Positions 51,531 to 61,635 of a stretch of 64,000 bases of DNA are shown piece after piece (the stretch's first letter is position 1; every line of letters starts with the position of its first letter). Below the pieces are notes generated by a model. It was not told where the DNA came from. It did not search any database and was given only the letters and a program-made list of their open reading frames with translations. Where the stretch lies: positions 345-64,344 of the forward strand of contig DHQC01000015.1 of NCBI GenBank assembly GCA_002411005.1, read 5' to 3'. The stretch is from Bacillales bacterium UBA5348 (lineage in GTDB: Bacteria > Bacillota_I > Bacilli_A > RF39 > UBA660). The position numbers and the translations under genes are program-made.

Positions 51531-52460
51531 TCACTCTTTTTCGACATTATTGTTATTTTGATTTGTACGGGTCTTATTTTTTTCCATTGTTCCCCTAATT
51601 TCTATATAAGTTTCATTATTAGGAGTATTTTTTATTTCGTTTTTTATTTCAGTAGCTTTTTCTTTAAGCTCCTCTTTTTTCTCTTTCAAAACATCACTTG
51701 TAGCATTTCTTTTCTGTTCCTCTGTCATTGTAGCTGTATCAAATCCCGCCTCATCTAAAAGGTTGTTTTCCAATTCTCTTACTCTAGTTTTATAAGTTTT
51801 CCTTAAAACTTCTTTTTCTTCTTGCAATTTAGTTTTTAATTCTTCTTTTGATAGAGTTGAAGCCTCATGTCTAGCTGTAACAACATCTTTTATTTCTTGT
51901 TGAATTTCTTTAACTGATAAAGTTACTAATTCGTCTTTAGTTAAAGATGTATCAAGCAAAACAGCACGATTAATTATTAGCGTTTTACCAATACTAATGT
52001 CATATTTAGCAGCTTCAGCCTTAATTTCATCGCTAGCTCCAGTTATAACAACAGGAAATATTTCTTTATTTTCAAAACGTTTATTTATCGTTTCCATAAC
52101 TCTTTCTTCAATTCTTTGACGAACTTGCTCATTATCATCTGCAGCAGTAACTACAATAATATTTTCATAGCTATATTCATCAATATAACCAGTCTCAATA
52201 GCAGCATCAATTATCGTTTCACTAGCTTCATCAATATTCATACCAACTAATTCTAAATCAGAAACAATTATATCAGCTTCTTCATTTATTGGAATTACTT
52301 CTTCTACGATATTGTTATTATTAATAGCTAGTTCTACACTAGGATTGATGCTAATATTTACATAACTTAACGATTTGCTAAAATAATTAAAAATAAGATA
52401 ACATACTATTGCTGCAACTAAAATTATAATAGTTACAATTAAAATATTTTTTTTATTCAT
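51531..52460 (-). CDS. RsgI-like anti-sigma-I extracellular-domain protein
   Basis: TM followed by YVNISINPSVEL...NEEA and ISIGK. Confidence 0.75.
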   Translation of the reverse strand: MNKKNILIVTIIILVAAIVCYLIFNYFSKSLSYVNISINPSVELAINNNNIVEEVIPINEEADIIVSDLELVGMNIDEASETIIDAAIETGYIDEYSYENIIVVTAADDNEQVRQRIEERVMETINKRFENKEIFPVVITGASDEIKAEAAKYDISIGKTLIINRAVLLDTSLTKDELVTLSVKEIQQEIKDVVTARHEASTLSKEELKTKLQEEKEVLRKTYKTRVRELENNLLDEAGFDTATMTEEQKRNATSDVLKEKKEELKEKATEIKNEIKNTPNNETYIEIRGTMEKNKTRTNQNNNNVEKE

Positions 52461-52577
52461 AAAATACCTCTTTCTTTTTTAAAATTAATATTGCAAAAAA
52501 ATTCTTATTACACCTCCAAACTTTATGCTTGTCCATTTTAATATACACATCTTGTATTATAAATAATTATAGCATAA

Positions 52578-53111
52578 TCATCTAAAAAGTCCATAGGAAG
52601 ATAAGCTGTATTTCACACCATCATATTGTTTTAAAAATGATCCCAAAATTTTATTGTTTACTTTCATTTTTAACATTCTTATTCTAACACCATTAACAAG
52701 TGTTTTATCAATCTCTTCTGTCAAACGATATTTATCAAGTTCATCCATATAAACTTTATATACATTAGCTATCCCTTCATTAAAAGTATCACCATCATAA
52801 ATAATTTTAGTTATTCCATTCAACGTGTCTTGATATATTGGATTTAAATAAGGATAAACCTCTATTATTTTACAATCATAGTCATCAAAATAAGATAAAA
52901 CTTCAGCAAAATTTTTACTATCTAATTTATAAGAGTCAAAAAGCAAATAAAAATCATTAATATCTTGAGGGTTTTCTTCTATTTCATCACCCATATATTT
53001 AATAACATTATAAGCATCAGGTTTTTCCTCTATAATTTGGGGATTATAGTCGATATTTAAGACCGCAAGTACAAATGTTAAAAAGATAAGGATATTCATA
53101 TTTTTTTTCAT
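52578..53111 (-). CDS. hypothetical exported protein
   Basis: N-terminal hydrophobic segment and RBS AGGTGA. Confidence 0.55.
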   Translation of the reverse strand: MKKNMNILIFLTFVLAVLNIDYNPQIIEEKPDAYNVIKYMGDEIEENPQDINDFYLLFDSYKLDSKNFAEVLSYFDDYDCKIIEVYPYLNPIYQDTLNGITKIIYDGDTFNEGIANVYKVYMDELDKYRLTEEIDKTLVNGVRIRMLKMKVNNKILGSFLKQYDGVKYSLSSYGLFR

Positions 53112-53280
53112 GTCAATCACCTATTTATATATTTGACAATTTTCGTGTTTTTAACCTAAAAATAAACATCTATCTTTTTAAAAATCATTTAAATATAGGC
53201 TTTACATTTTCCTTAATCAAAATACGACAAAAAATTGACTAAAAGATATTTTCGTGCTAGATTATAATTAGGAGGAAACT

Positions 53281-53916
53281 ATGAGAAAGAGTATTCAATT
53301 TATTCTAATTGCAATTATTGTGGCTGTAAGTGGTCATATCTTTGTAAGCAATGTCGAGCATGTGATATATTTAAACACAAAAACCTATAATTATAATTTT
53401 GAAGGCACTTCTAGTATAGAAACAATTAAAAGCTCTATTCAAAACATTGAAAACAATATTATAAAGATAGAGAAATTAGAGAGTAGTTATTTATCGGAGA
53501 AAGAACTAAACGAGATAAAGGATTTTCTAAAACAGAATTTAGAAATCGCTAAGGAACTTCCATTTACAACGTATGATTCTATTGATATAACACTAAGTGA
53601 AAAAGATTTCTATAAAGACATAAAAGCATCGACCAATTTGGGTATCTCAGGCTTAGTACGTTCATATTCAACACTCGCTAAATATAATGAGGATCTAGAT
53701 GTAAATAACTTTACCCAAAATTCTCTTATGCAATTATTATATGTAGATTTTATAGGAAAAGAGATTAGAGAAAATTATAAATATCCCACAAGTATTGACT
53801 ATAACATGTCTGTTAATATGAAACCTTTAGCATTAGTTAATTCAGTTGTTGTAAAGCTAAACACAATTGAATATATCAGCGAATTAGTATTAGAAAGTGG
53901 TGATATATATGAATAA
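53281..53916 (+). CDS. hypothetical protein with N-terminal TM
   Basis: ORF with RBS AGGAGG. Confidence 0.6.
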   Translation: MRKSIQFILIAIIVAVSGHIFVSNVEHVIYLNTKTYNYNFEGTSSIETIKSSIQNIENNIIKIEKLESSYLSEKELNEIKDFLKQNLEIAKELPFTTYDSIDITLSEKDFYKDIKASTNLGISGLVRSYSTLAKYNEDLDVNNFTQNSLMQLLYVDFIGKEIRENYKYPTSIDYNMSVNMKPLALVNSVVVKLNTIEYISELVLESGDIYE

Positions 53917-54337
53917 AAAATTATTCATTGCTAGAAACAGCATACTTTTAATAAATTTTGGCCTATTTATCTTTTGTTGGTTTAACTATTTATATAGCGT
54001 AATGAATTCAAATCTATTATGGTTAACAGTCTTATCACTATTTATAATTTTTATAATCTCAATAATAGACATCATTAAAAAGAAAGATTATTCTAATTTA
54101 GATAATAAATACAATATTATTTTTATAATCTCACATTTAGCTTTAATGTTTATTATGCTAAGAGGAATATTTGATCCACTTATTCTAACAAATAGTTATC
54201 ACACACTTTGGGAAGACATTCAAGAATCAAGAATGTTGTTTGTTGGAAATAACTTAATCTATTTTGTTATTATAAATATTAGTCTTATTCTATACAGAAT
54301 TACAATTAAAGAAGAAAAACAAAAGCTATCAAAATGA
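53909..54337 (+). CDS. hypothetical membrane protein
   Basis: Four TM segments. Overlaps the previous gene. Confidence 0.6.
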   Translation: MNKKLFIARNSILLINFGLFIFCWFNYLYSVMNSNLLWLTVLSLFIIFIISIIDIIKKKDYSNLDNKYNIIFIISHLALMFIMLRGIFDPLILTNSYHTLWEDIQESRMLFVGNNLIYFVIINISLILYRITIKEEKQKLSK

Positions 54338-54342
54338 TAGCT

Positions 54343-54796
54343 TTATTTATTTTCTATTTCTAACAATTTATTTTTAATATCTAAACCACCTGCATAGCCT
54401 ACTAACTTACCACTTTTTCCAATTACTCTATGACAGGGAACTATAATAGGAATAGGATTCTTATTATTAGCTATTCCTACTGCTCTGGCATAGTTTTTAT
54501 TAGCCACTCTTAAAGCTAATTCTTGATAATTTATACATTCACCATGTTTTATCTTAATAAGTTCATTCCATACTTTAATCTGGAAATCAGTACCTATCAA
54601 TTTAATTGGTATATCAAACTCTTTTCTACTACCAGCAGAATATCCATCTATCTGCTTTTTTTATTTTCTTTATCAGAGGGGGTTCTTCCACTAATCCTAT
54701 TTTTTCTTTACCAAATATTATCTCAATTAAGAAATCATCCTCAGTAACAATAGTAATCTCTCGAAACACAGTATTATAATTATAAGAATGTTTCAT
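54343..54796 (-). pseudogene. ogt: methylated-DNA--protein-cysteine methyltransferase, frameshifted (or sequencing error)
   Basis: C-terminal PCHRV motif. The N-terminal frame from ATG 54796 joins it if one A is removed from an A7 run (54656-54662). Confidence 0.8.
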
Positions 54797-54820
54797 GGAA
54801 CACCCCCTATTACATTAAAT

Positions 54821-55930
54821 CTATTTATTTTTTTGTTTTTCATATTCGTATAGATGATTATAGTCATTAAAATCTATCTTTTCACAACGAATTGGTGCTA
54901 ATTTATTATACGACTTAAATTGTAATGAACCAGCTGGTTCGTTTTTAAAAGTACCGTCATTTGCAAAAACATAGATATAACCCTCTAAATCATTACTTAT
55001 TAACACATTCTTCATTTGCATAATGGGTAATCTTTCAGATGAACTTACTATAAAATCCCAATCTAAATGACTACTGTCTTTCTTAATATTATCTTTAAAG
55101 GCATATGCAGACGCGATTGACCAAGAAGATGTTACAAAGACAGCTTTATCTGTATTTGCTTTATTCTCATCAGAATTACTAGATTGCATCAAATCTATCT
55201 CATTTAACATCAAAGGTGATCCATGAAATAACCAATTCGGATTCAAAGGATCATTATTATAAAATTCATCATTAAAATATTTCTTATTATAATAACAAAT
55301 TGCTTTTATTATCAAATTGTGACTAATATCGGTTAATTTTTCTTTATCACCAATAACATCCAAAAACTTTTCATGTCCTAATGTTTCTATTAAATAACTT
55401 ATCATCAAATAAGCATAATCATAACTGTCATATTCATGATTTCCAAACTCTAATTCCAGCTCTTTCATACTAGGAATATTTGTTTTATGTATATATTGTT
55501 CTAATAAATACTTTATTCCTTTTTCATATGTACCATCAAAGTATTTAGCAACACCTTCAGTAAGCCACTCTGGTTGGCTTCCATATATACTAAATTGTAG
55601 AGCATGAATTAACTCGTGAAAAATAACCTTTTCATATTCTTCTTTTGACCATTCATCACCCTCTGGATCGTTTTTAGGTTCAAAAAAATTAATAGAATTA
55701 TCTTCATCTTTTTGACAAGCACACATATAACTAGGCATTCCATCAAATCCTCTATCTTTCAGACCCTTTGACAAAAGTTCAATTGTATCATATACATATA
55801 TATTAAAATTCAAGTCAGTAGTTTTATCCACTCCAAAAAACGAGAATATTTCACCTTTTCTTTCCTGAATAATTCGCTCAATAACATCTTTATAATCTTT
55901 GTTTCTGTTAAAGCAATAGTATTTATTCAT
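54821..55930 (-). CDS. HExxH metallopeptidase-like domain fused to a possible ADP-ribosyltransferase-like domain
   Basis: FHELIH...PEWLTEGVA, then LFHGS...VFVTS...A.AYA...GYIYV. Confidence 0.55.
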   Translation of the reverse strand: MNKYYCFNRNKDYKDVIERIIQERKGEIFSFFGVDKTTDLNFNIYVYDTIELLSKGLKDRGFDGMPSYMCACQKDEDNSINFFEPKNDPEGDEWSKEEYEKVIFHELIHALQFSIYGSQPEWLTEGVAKYFDGTYEKGIKYLLEQYIHKTNIPSMKELELEFGNHEYDSYDYAYLMISYLIETLGHEKFLDVIGDKEKLTDISHNLIIKAICYYNKKYFNDEFYNNDPLNPNWLFHGSPLMLNEIDLMQSSNSDENKANTDKAVFVTSSWSIASAYAFKDNIKKDSSHLDWDFIVSSSERLPIMQMKNVLISNDLEGYIYVFANDGTFKNEPAGSLQFKSYNKLAPIRCEKIDFNDYNHLYEYEKQKNK

Positions 55931-56041
55931 GATTATCACTTCCTTTTTTAATTATACCATAAAATTATTATAGACTTTGAAGATTCAAAAGACAGAAAAA
56001 CACCTCCTATAAGAAAGTGTTCTTCAAAATGATAGTTTTAT

Positions 56042-57124
56042 TTATTTTTCAATGTAACCATCTATACCTTCGGTGTACATATCTTCAGTAACAGGTTTAT
56101 ATCTATCACCTTTATAATCATCAACAAAGCCATTATATGCTTTGTAAATCTCGTTTGTTTCAGTATCATAAACTCTTTCATATCCTAATGTTGCATCACT
56201 TTGTTTTTGACTAATAATATCGCCTGATTTATTGCGGTTTTCCCAACTAGCCATTATAGAATCTGATGTTTCATTATATACTTTGCTATTTGCTTTTATA
56301 GTAGATAATAGATTATTTTGTTCATTTGCTAAGCCACTTGTGAAAGTACTACTATACTCAAGTGAAGATAACATATTATTTAAAGCCTCTTGATAATCAG
56401 ACAATTCATTTATAGGTGCACTAATAAACATTGTGCAATAAACAGAAAGTGGATATGTATCAACTTTTTTACTATATAAATCAAACATATTAGAATTTAC
56501 ATAATAACTTCCTGGATCCGCTACAGTTGCAGTAAACAATCCTTCAAATCCACCACCATTAGCATCAGTATAAGTAGCTCTTAATAAATCTCCACCATAA
56601 ATAGTCGGCCCAAAGTTTTCTACAACGGAGAAATTGTTGAGTTGAGGAAACGTAAAACTACTAGTATTATTAAATTCACCTATATAGTTAAATATATTGT
56701 AAAAAGCTTCTGTTGTTTGAGGTGATAAAACTGGCATTTTCGCCTGAGATGATGTTCCGTAATAAGTTTCAAAAACTTTTTTCGAATCATAAGATTTGTG
56801 ATAACCCTCACTTTTTAAATTAACAAATATTTGATATTTATTGTCAGGATCATTAATTAAAAAAGTATAATGGGAATAATCTCCAGCGGTGTTTACTTTC
56901 CAATTCTTTGGTATATCTAATTTAATCAACCCATTATCATATGTTTCATATTCAAAAGATTTTGCTTCAGCTTTTACTATTTTAACCTCTGATTCAAAAA
57001 TATTTATTTTACCTTTATCAAAATAATTTGCAACAAGAAAGATTATTAAAACCAATACTATTCCAATGATTATTAACCCTTTTCTATTATTCTTATCACT
57101 AATTCTTTTAACAAATTCTTCCAT
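56042..57124 (-). CDS. membrane-anchored hypothetical protein
   Basis: N-terminal TM, with C-terminal SQKQSDATLGYERVYDTET. Confidence 0.65.
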   Translation of the reverse strand: MEEFVKRISDKNNRKGLIIIGIVLVLIIFLVANYFDKGKINIFESEVKIVKAEAKSFEYETYDNGLIKLDIPKNWKVNTAGDYSHYTFLINDPDNKYQIFVNLKSEGYHKSYDSKKVFETYYGTSSQAKMPVLSPQTTEAFYNIFNYIGEFNNTSSFTFPQLNNFSVVENFGPTIYGGDLLRATYTDANGGGFEGLFTATVADPGSYYVNSNMFDLYSKKVDTYPLSVYCTMFISAPINELSDYQEALNNMLSSLEYSSTFTSGLANEQNNLLSTIKANSKVYNETSDSIMASWENRNKSGDIISQKQSDATLGYERVYDTETNEIYKAYNGFVDDYKGDRYKPVTEDMYTEGIDGYIEK

Positions 57125-57346
57125 AATATCTCCTTTTAATTCATTATTATTACATAGTTTCTAATAATATATAATTTTTCCTTCAACCAATGCCATTTTA
57201 CTACCCTGTTAACTAATATAATAGCACATCTAATAATGCTATACAATATATTTTTTATCAACACTTTTAAAATAAAGAACAATTGATATTTAAATTTAAA
57301 AAAGATAGCAATTTTATAAACCGTTATCTTTTTGTTACTTTTTAAA

Positions 57347-57922
57347 TTATGCACGAATAGAAGTGTTGGATTTTTTAAGAGTTTTTACTAACCTATTCTG
57401 AAGTTCTTTTCTAGCAAACGTTTCTTCAAAACTCAATATACTGTTTTTGTATCTATTATAAGCAAATTTGTAATCACCATTTTTTATTGCCTCTACACAC
57501 ACATTAATTACATTTTCATATATATAATCATATATAGCTTCACTATTTGGATTATCATCAATTGCTAATACTATAACCGGTGCAGTTTGATAATAATGTG
57601 CAATATCCTCTTGTGATACAAAGTTATCTCTAAACCATCTAAGAATTGTAAGTTCCTGACAATTATCATCAAATGTATCTTTAAAGTGTTTCATACATGC
57701 TGTTGTTAAAAAGCAGGTTATATCCGTTGTTTCTTTTTCTCCACTAGTTGTATCTACTATAGAGCCTTTACCAGATTCTGTATCATAATTAATATGTGTT
57801 GATTTGTGATCGGAATCTGATGGATTTTTATCATATATAGAATAAGATACTTTATCATCTTTTCCCGTCATTTTTGAATAATGTCCATCATCGTGTTTGT
57901 ATCCATATTTATCTTTTCCCAT
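57347..57922 (-). CDS. CFI-box-CTERM-like domain protein
   Basis: CFLTTAC...DDNCQELTILRWFRD...YYQTAP.IV. Confidence 0.75.
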   Translation of the reverse strand: MGKDKYGYKHDDGHYSKMTGKDDKVSYSIYDKNPSDSDHKSTHINYDTESGKGSIVDTTSGEKETTDITCFLTTACMKHFKDTFDDNCQELTILRWFRDNFVSQEDIAHYYQTAPVIVLAIDDNPNSEAIYDYIYENVINVCVEAIKNGDYKFAYNRYKNSILSFEETFARKELQNRLVKTLKKSNTSIRA

Positions 57923-57924
57923 AA

Positions 57925-58224
57925 CTATATCTCCTTCTTTCTCAATTCTTCTTGCAAAAGAAACTCGAAAGCATATAATTCATTGCTAATATGGTCTGTT
58001 ATTTTAGAAAACGTATTATTATAATTTAAGTCATAAACTATATCAGATAAAATTTTGACTTTATCTAATTCAATTAATAAGATATCTTCCGAGTCTTCCA
58101 AATGCTTAATAAATTCAGTTACAACATTTCTAATCTTTTCTAAATCAAATTTATTATATTTGTAATTCTCATCCTTAAATAATAAATCTAGATCTATTAA
58201 GATATTATTTAGATGTTCTTTCAT
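57925..58224 (-). CDS. hypothetical acidic protein
   Basis: 99-aa ORF with RBS AAAGGA, directly upstream of the CFI-box gene. Confidence 0.55.
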   Translation of the reverse strand: MKEHLNNILIDLDLLFKDENYKYNKFDLEKIRNVVTEFIKHLEDSEDILLIELDKVKILSDIVYDLNYNNTFSKITDHISNELYAFEFLLQEELRKKEI

Positions 58225-58361
58225 AAAAACGTTTCCTTTCTTTTTTATTATACCGCGTTATAAATTGTATGTAAACTATTCTATAATATTAGTTTCTTCT
58301 AATTTTTTTTATAAATGTTGATATGTTTTCATAATTACCAATAAACAATTTCAATATAATT

Positions 58362-58468
58362 AAAAAAAGTGGAGTCCTCTTTCGAGAACTCCTTCAGGGG
58401 GTTTTGGTTGTCCACACCTCACACTTAAAATCGTAAGAGTGGACGGTGTGAAATATTACTTTCACACT
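58362..58468 (-). ncRNA. candidate ~107-nt structured small RNA
   Basis: TTGACT-17-TATCAT promoter (58503-58475), two hairpins, an unpaired AACCCCC tract and a GC-rich terminator with U7. Confidence 0.6.
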
Positions 58469-58543
58469 ATATACATGATAATATTTATTAGACTAAAAGT
58501 CAAACAAAATATGCTATTTTTTATTATTTTATTTTTTATCGAA

Positions 58544-59341
58544 TTATGTAATAAATTGACACCTTTTACATAAAGGCTCCGTTAGCTTTCTGTTTAAAAA
58601 GCCAGTCCTCATCTCTTTACATCTTTGACTGTTTAATATTACGCCAAGATCTTCTTTAAATATATTTCCAAGATTAATTACACCATCGGTATCTAAACAA
58701 CAAGGAACAACTGTGCCATCTACTAAAATACCAATATGGGTGCGTAGTCCATAACAGGTGCCTGTATAATTTATGTCCTCATCTTCTATATCCGGCCATT
58801 TAAACTGATTATCGAAATCAAGAAAGACTTTATCCTTCAGTTTGTAATTGTTCTCAGTTGGAGTTATTTCTACATCATAATGCTGATTTAGTAAGTCTAT
58901 TATTTTATCATTATTGTTTGATACACCCTTATTCCAAAGTCTAAGAGATATATAACAATCAATCTTAATTTTATCAATTGTATCTAAAAGATTAGATATC
59001 TCTTCAATGTCATTAAAACTATGAAGGGATATGTTTATTTGTCTAATACTTTTAGAATTGTTAATAATATTAAGTTTTTTTTCAAGAAGACGACCATTAG
59101 TAGTTATATTTACTTTTATATTATAATCAGCAGCTAGTTTTAGCATCTTTTCAAGTTCTGGGTGCATCAAAGGCTCCCCTAGAAGATGAAGATATATATA
59201 ATTTGTATTGGCTTTTATTTTATTTAATACCTCTTCAAATGATTTACTATTCATGAACTCTTTTTTTCTACAGCTCCCTTTACAAAAAGAACAAGTTAAA
59301 TTACAAACATTAGTTATTTCAATATATATACTTTTAAACAT
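58544..59341 (-). CDS. radical SAM / SPASM (twitch) domain protein
   Basis: CNLTCSFC, GEPL, C.GL......DGTVVPCCLD and LCKRC motifs. Confidence 0.92.
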   Translation of the reverse strand: MFKSIYIEITNVCNLTCSFCKGSCRKKEFMNSKSFEEVLNKIKANTNYIYLHLLGEPLMHPELEKMLKLAADYNIKVNITTNGRLLEKKLNIINNSKSIRQINISLHSFNDIEEISNLLDTIDKIKIDCYISLRLWNKGVSNNNDKIIDLLNQHYDVEITPTENNYKLKDKVFLDFDNQFKWPDIEDEDINYTGTCYGLRTHIGILVDGTVVPCCLDTDGVINLGNIFKEDLGVILNSQRCKEMRTGFLNRKLTEPLCKRCQFIT

Positions 59342-61339
59342 CTAATCTAAATTCACACTCTCTTCTAATAATTTTTTAATATGGGGATAATCATCTATTA
59401 AATCATTTTTAATAAATATTTCAGCATCCTTACGAGCTTGCATTAATATTTTAAAGTCTTTCTTTAAATCCACTATTTTAAATGTCATATCACCACTCTG
59501 TCTAACTCCAAATAAATCCCCTTGTCCTCTAAGCTTAAAGTCCTGCTCACTAATTTCAAAACCATCATTTGTTTCTGTCATTATTTTAAGACGTTCTTTT
59601 TCTTTATCACTTATTAAAATACAATAGGATTGTAAATCACTTCTTCCAACTCTTCCTCTTAGTTGATGAAGCGTTGATAAACCAAAACGTTTAGCATCGA
59701 AAATCACCATCATAGTAGCATTCTTAACATCAATACCTACTTCAATAACGGTTGTACTTATTAAAATATTAATTTTGTTGTTAGAAAACTCCTCCATTAT
59801 CTTTTCTTTCTCTTTAGGTGACATTTTACCATGTAACATTCCTATTTTGTACACAGATCCAAAAGCTAGTTCAAACTGTCTTTTCAATTTATTAACATTT
59901 TCTAAATCGTTATTCTCGTTCTCTTCTATTAAAGGTGCTACAACATAAATTTGATGTTTAAGTTCTAACTCCTTTTTTATCATTGTTAATACTTCTTTAA
60001 TTTCATCAGGCTTTTTTAAATAAGTAATAATCTCCTTACGATTTTTAGGCATTGTTCTTATGTTGGAAATATCCATATCCCCATAAATTGTCAATGCATA
60101 AGTTCTAGGTATAGGAGTAGCACTCATATATAAGATATCTGCTCTAACAGCTTTGTTTTTTAAATTACTTCTTTGATTTACACCAAAACGATGTTGCTCA
60201 TCTGTTATAACTAATCCTAAATTATTATAAGCTACAACACTCTGCATAATAGCGTGAGTACCAATAATCAAATCTATTTTCCCGTTTGCTAAATCATTAT
60301 AAATAGATTCCTTTTCTGCTTTAGGAGTATTACCAATTAATAATTTAATATTAATATCAATATTACCAAATAATTTTCTAATATTATCATAATGTTGTTG
60401 AGCTAAAATTTCGGTTGGAACCATCAAAGCTGACTGATAATGATTTAAGAACATCACATATATCGCTACAACAGCTACAATGGTTTTACCACTACCAACA
60501 TCCCCTTGTAATAGACGATTCATAACTCTATCACTTTTTATATCATCAATTATTTCATCAACAGCTTTTAATTGATCATCTGTTAATTTAAATGGTAGAT
60601 TATCAATAAATATTTTAACTGCCTTAGAATCAGCAACCTTAGAATGACCTTTTATTTTATGCTGGTTATTTATTTTTAAAATGTTTATCTTCAACATGAA
60701 GATAAATAATTCTTCATATTTAAGACGCAAAAGAGCTCTTTTAAGGGTGGTTGCATCACTAGGATGATGAATAATATCAATTGCACTTTTTTTGTCTAAG
60801 AAGCTATATTTAGATACTATTGATTCGGGTATATAATCAATTATATTAGTTGTCATTTTTAATGCTTCATCAATATAATGACTTAAGTTTTTTCTATTTA
60901 AATTACTAGTTGTATGATAGATTGGTTCAACTTTTATATCATCCCCTAGACCTTCTAGTTTAATATCAGTAGCGACAATAGTGTTTTTAAGTAAATCCCA
61001 TTTACCAATAACTGTAATTTCTTTATTTAATGACAAATTATTCTTTAAAAAGCCACGATTAAAAATAACAACATTTATTATAGCTGTACTAGTCCTTAAA
61101 CGAAAACTCATCTTATTCATATTACCTCTAAAGCGAAATAAATTAGGCACTGAATCAACAAAACCATCTATTATAATCTTATCATCTTGATTTAAGTTAA
61201 ATATATCACTTCGTTTTAAGATCTCATAACGAAAAGGATAATGATTAATTAAATCATTAATATTATAAATATTAAGTTTCTCTAAATAGCCTTTTGTTTT
61301 AGGCCCTATTCCTTTTATAAAACTTAAATCTTTCATCAT
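59342..61339 (-). CDS. recG: ATP-dependent DNA helicase RecG
   Basis: QGDVGSGKT, DEQHRFG, SATPIPRT and HQLRGRVGR motifs. Confidence 0.98.
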   Translation of the reverse strand: MMKDLSFIKGIGPKTKGYLEKLNIYNINDLINHYPFRYEILKRSDIFNLNQDDKIIIDGFVDSVPNLFRFRGNMNKMSFRLRTSTAIINVVIFNRGFLKNNLSLNKEITVIGKWDLLKNTIVATDIKLEGLGDDIKVEPIYHTTSNLNRKNLSHYIDEALKMTTNIIDYIPESIVSKYSFLDKKSAIDIIHHPSDATTLKRALLRLKYEELFIFMLKINILKINNQHKIKGHSKVADSKAVKIFIDNLPFKLTDDQLKAVDEIIDDIKSDRVMNRLLQGDVGSGKTIVAVVAIYVMFLNHYQSALMVPTEILAQQHYDNIRKLFGNIDINIKLLIGNTPKAEKESIYNDLANGKIDLIIGTHAIMQSVVAYNNLGLVITDEQHRFGVNQRSNLKNKAVRADILYMSATPIPRTYALTIYGDMDISNIRTMPKNRKEIITYLKKPDEIKEVLTMIKKELELKHQIYVVAPLIEENENNDLENVNKLKRQFELAFGSVYKIGMLHGKMSPKEKEKIMEEFSNNKINILISTTVIEVGIDVKNATMMVIFDAKRFGLSTLHQLRGRVGRSDLQSYCILISDKEKERLKIMTETNDGFEISEQDFKLRGQGDLFGVRQSGDMTFKIVDLKKDFKILMQARKDAEIFIKNDLIDDYPHIKKLLEESVNLD

Positions 61340-61407
61340 ATTACCTCTCTATAATTGTACCATATCTGGATTATTTAAAAATGCCAGAGTTAACAAAAGA
61401 ATATTTC

Positions 61408-61593
61408 TTAAATGAAATATCCTTTTTTATTTTTTCTCTTACCTTTAGCTTTGCCAACTTGATTCTCAATACTAAGCATTGGGTCTTCCGGCAAACACGC
61501 AGGGAATGCCCTTTCACTAATAACAGGATTTGTTGTCATCAATGAAACAGCAACTACTGCTGCAAGTAACTTTCTTCTTTTTGTTTTCACCAT
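61408..61593 (-). CDS. 61-aa hypothetical protein
   Basis: Strong RBS AAGGAGGT, signal-like N-terminus and basic tail. Confidence 0.5.
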   Translation of the reverse strand: MVKTKRRKLLAAVVAVSLMTTNPVISERAFPACLPEDPMLSIENQVGKAKGKRKNKKGYFI

Positions 61594-61635
61594 TTACCTC
61601 CTTACTAACTTCATTATAGCACATTTTTATTTACC

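Noticed and set aside
54650-54665. Programmed -1 frameshift at AAAAAAG in ogt
   Set aside because: Restoring the frame needs a +1 shift, not -1.
2755-61190. Numerous 60-95 aa ORFs antisense to or nested in long genes (e.g. 3401, 4577, 4942, 9459, 22173, 38841, 46642, 60981)
   Set aside because: They overlap well-supported genes and lack RBSs or motifs.
58544-61593. RiPP cluster of radical SAM/SPASM plus 61-aa peptide
   Set aside because: recG lies between them, and no transporter, protease or RRE domain is evident.
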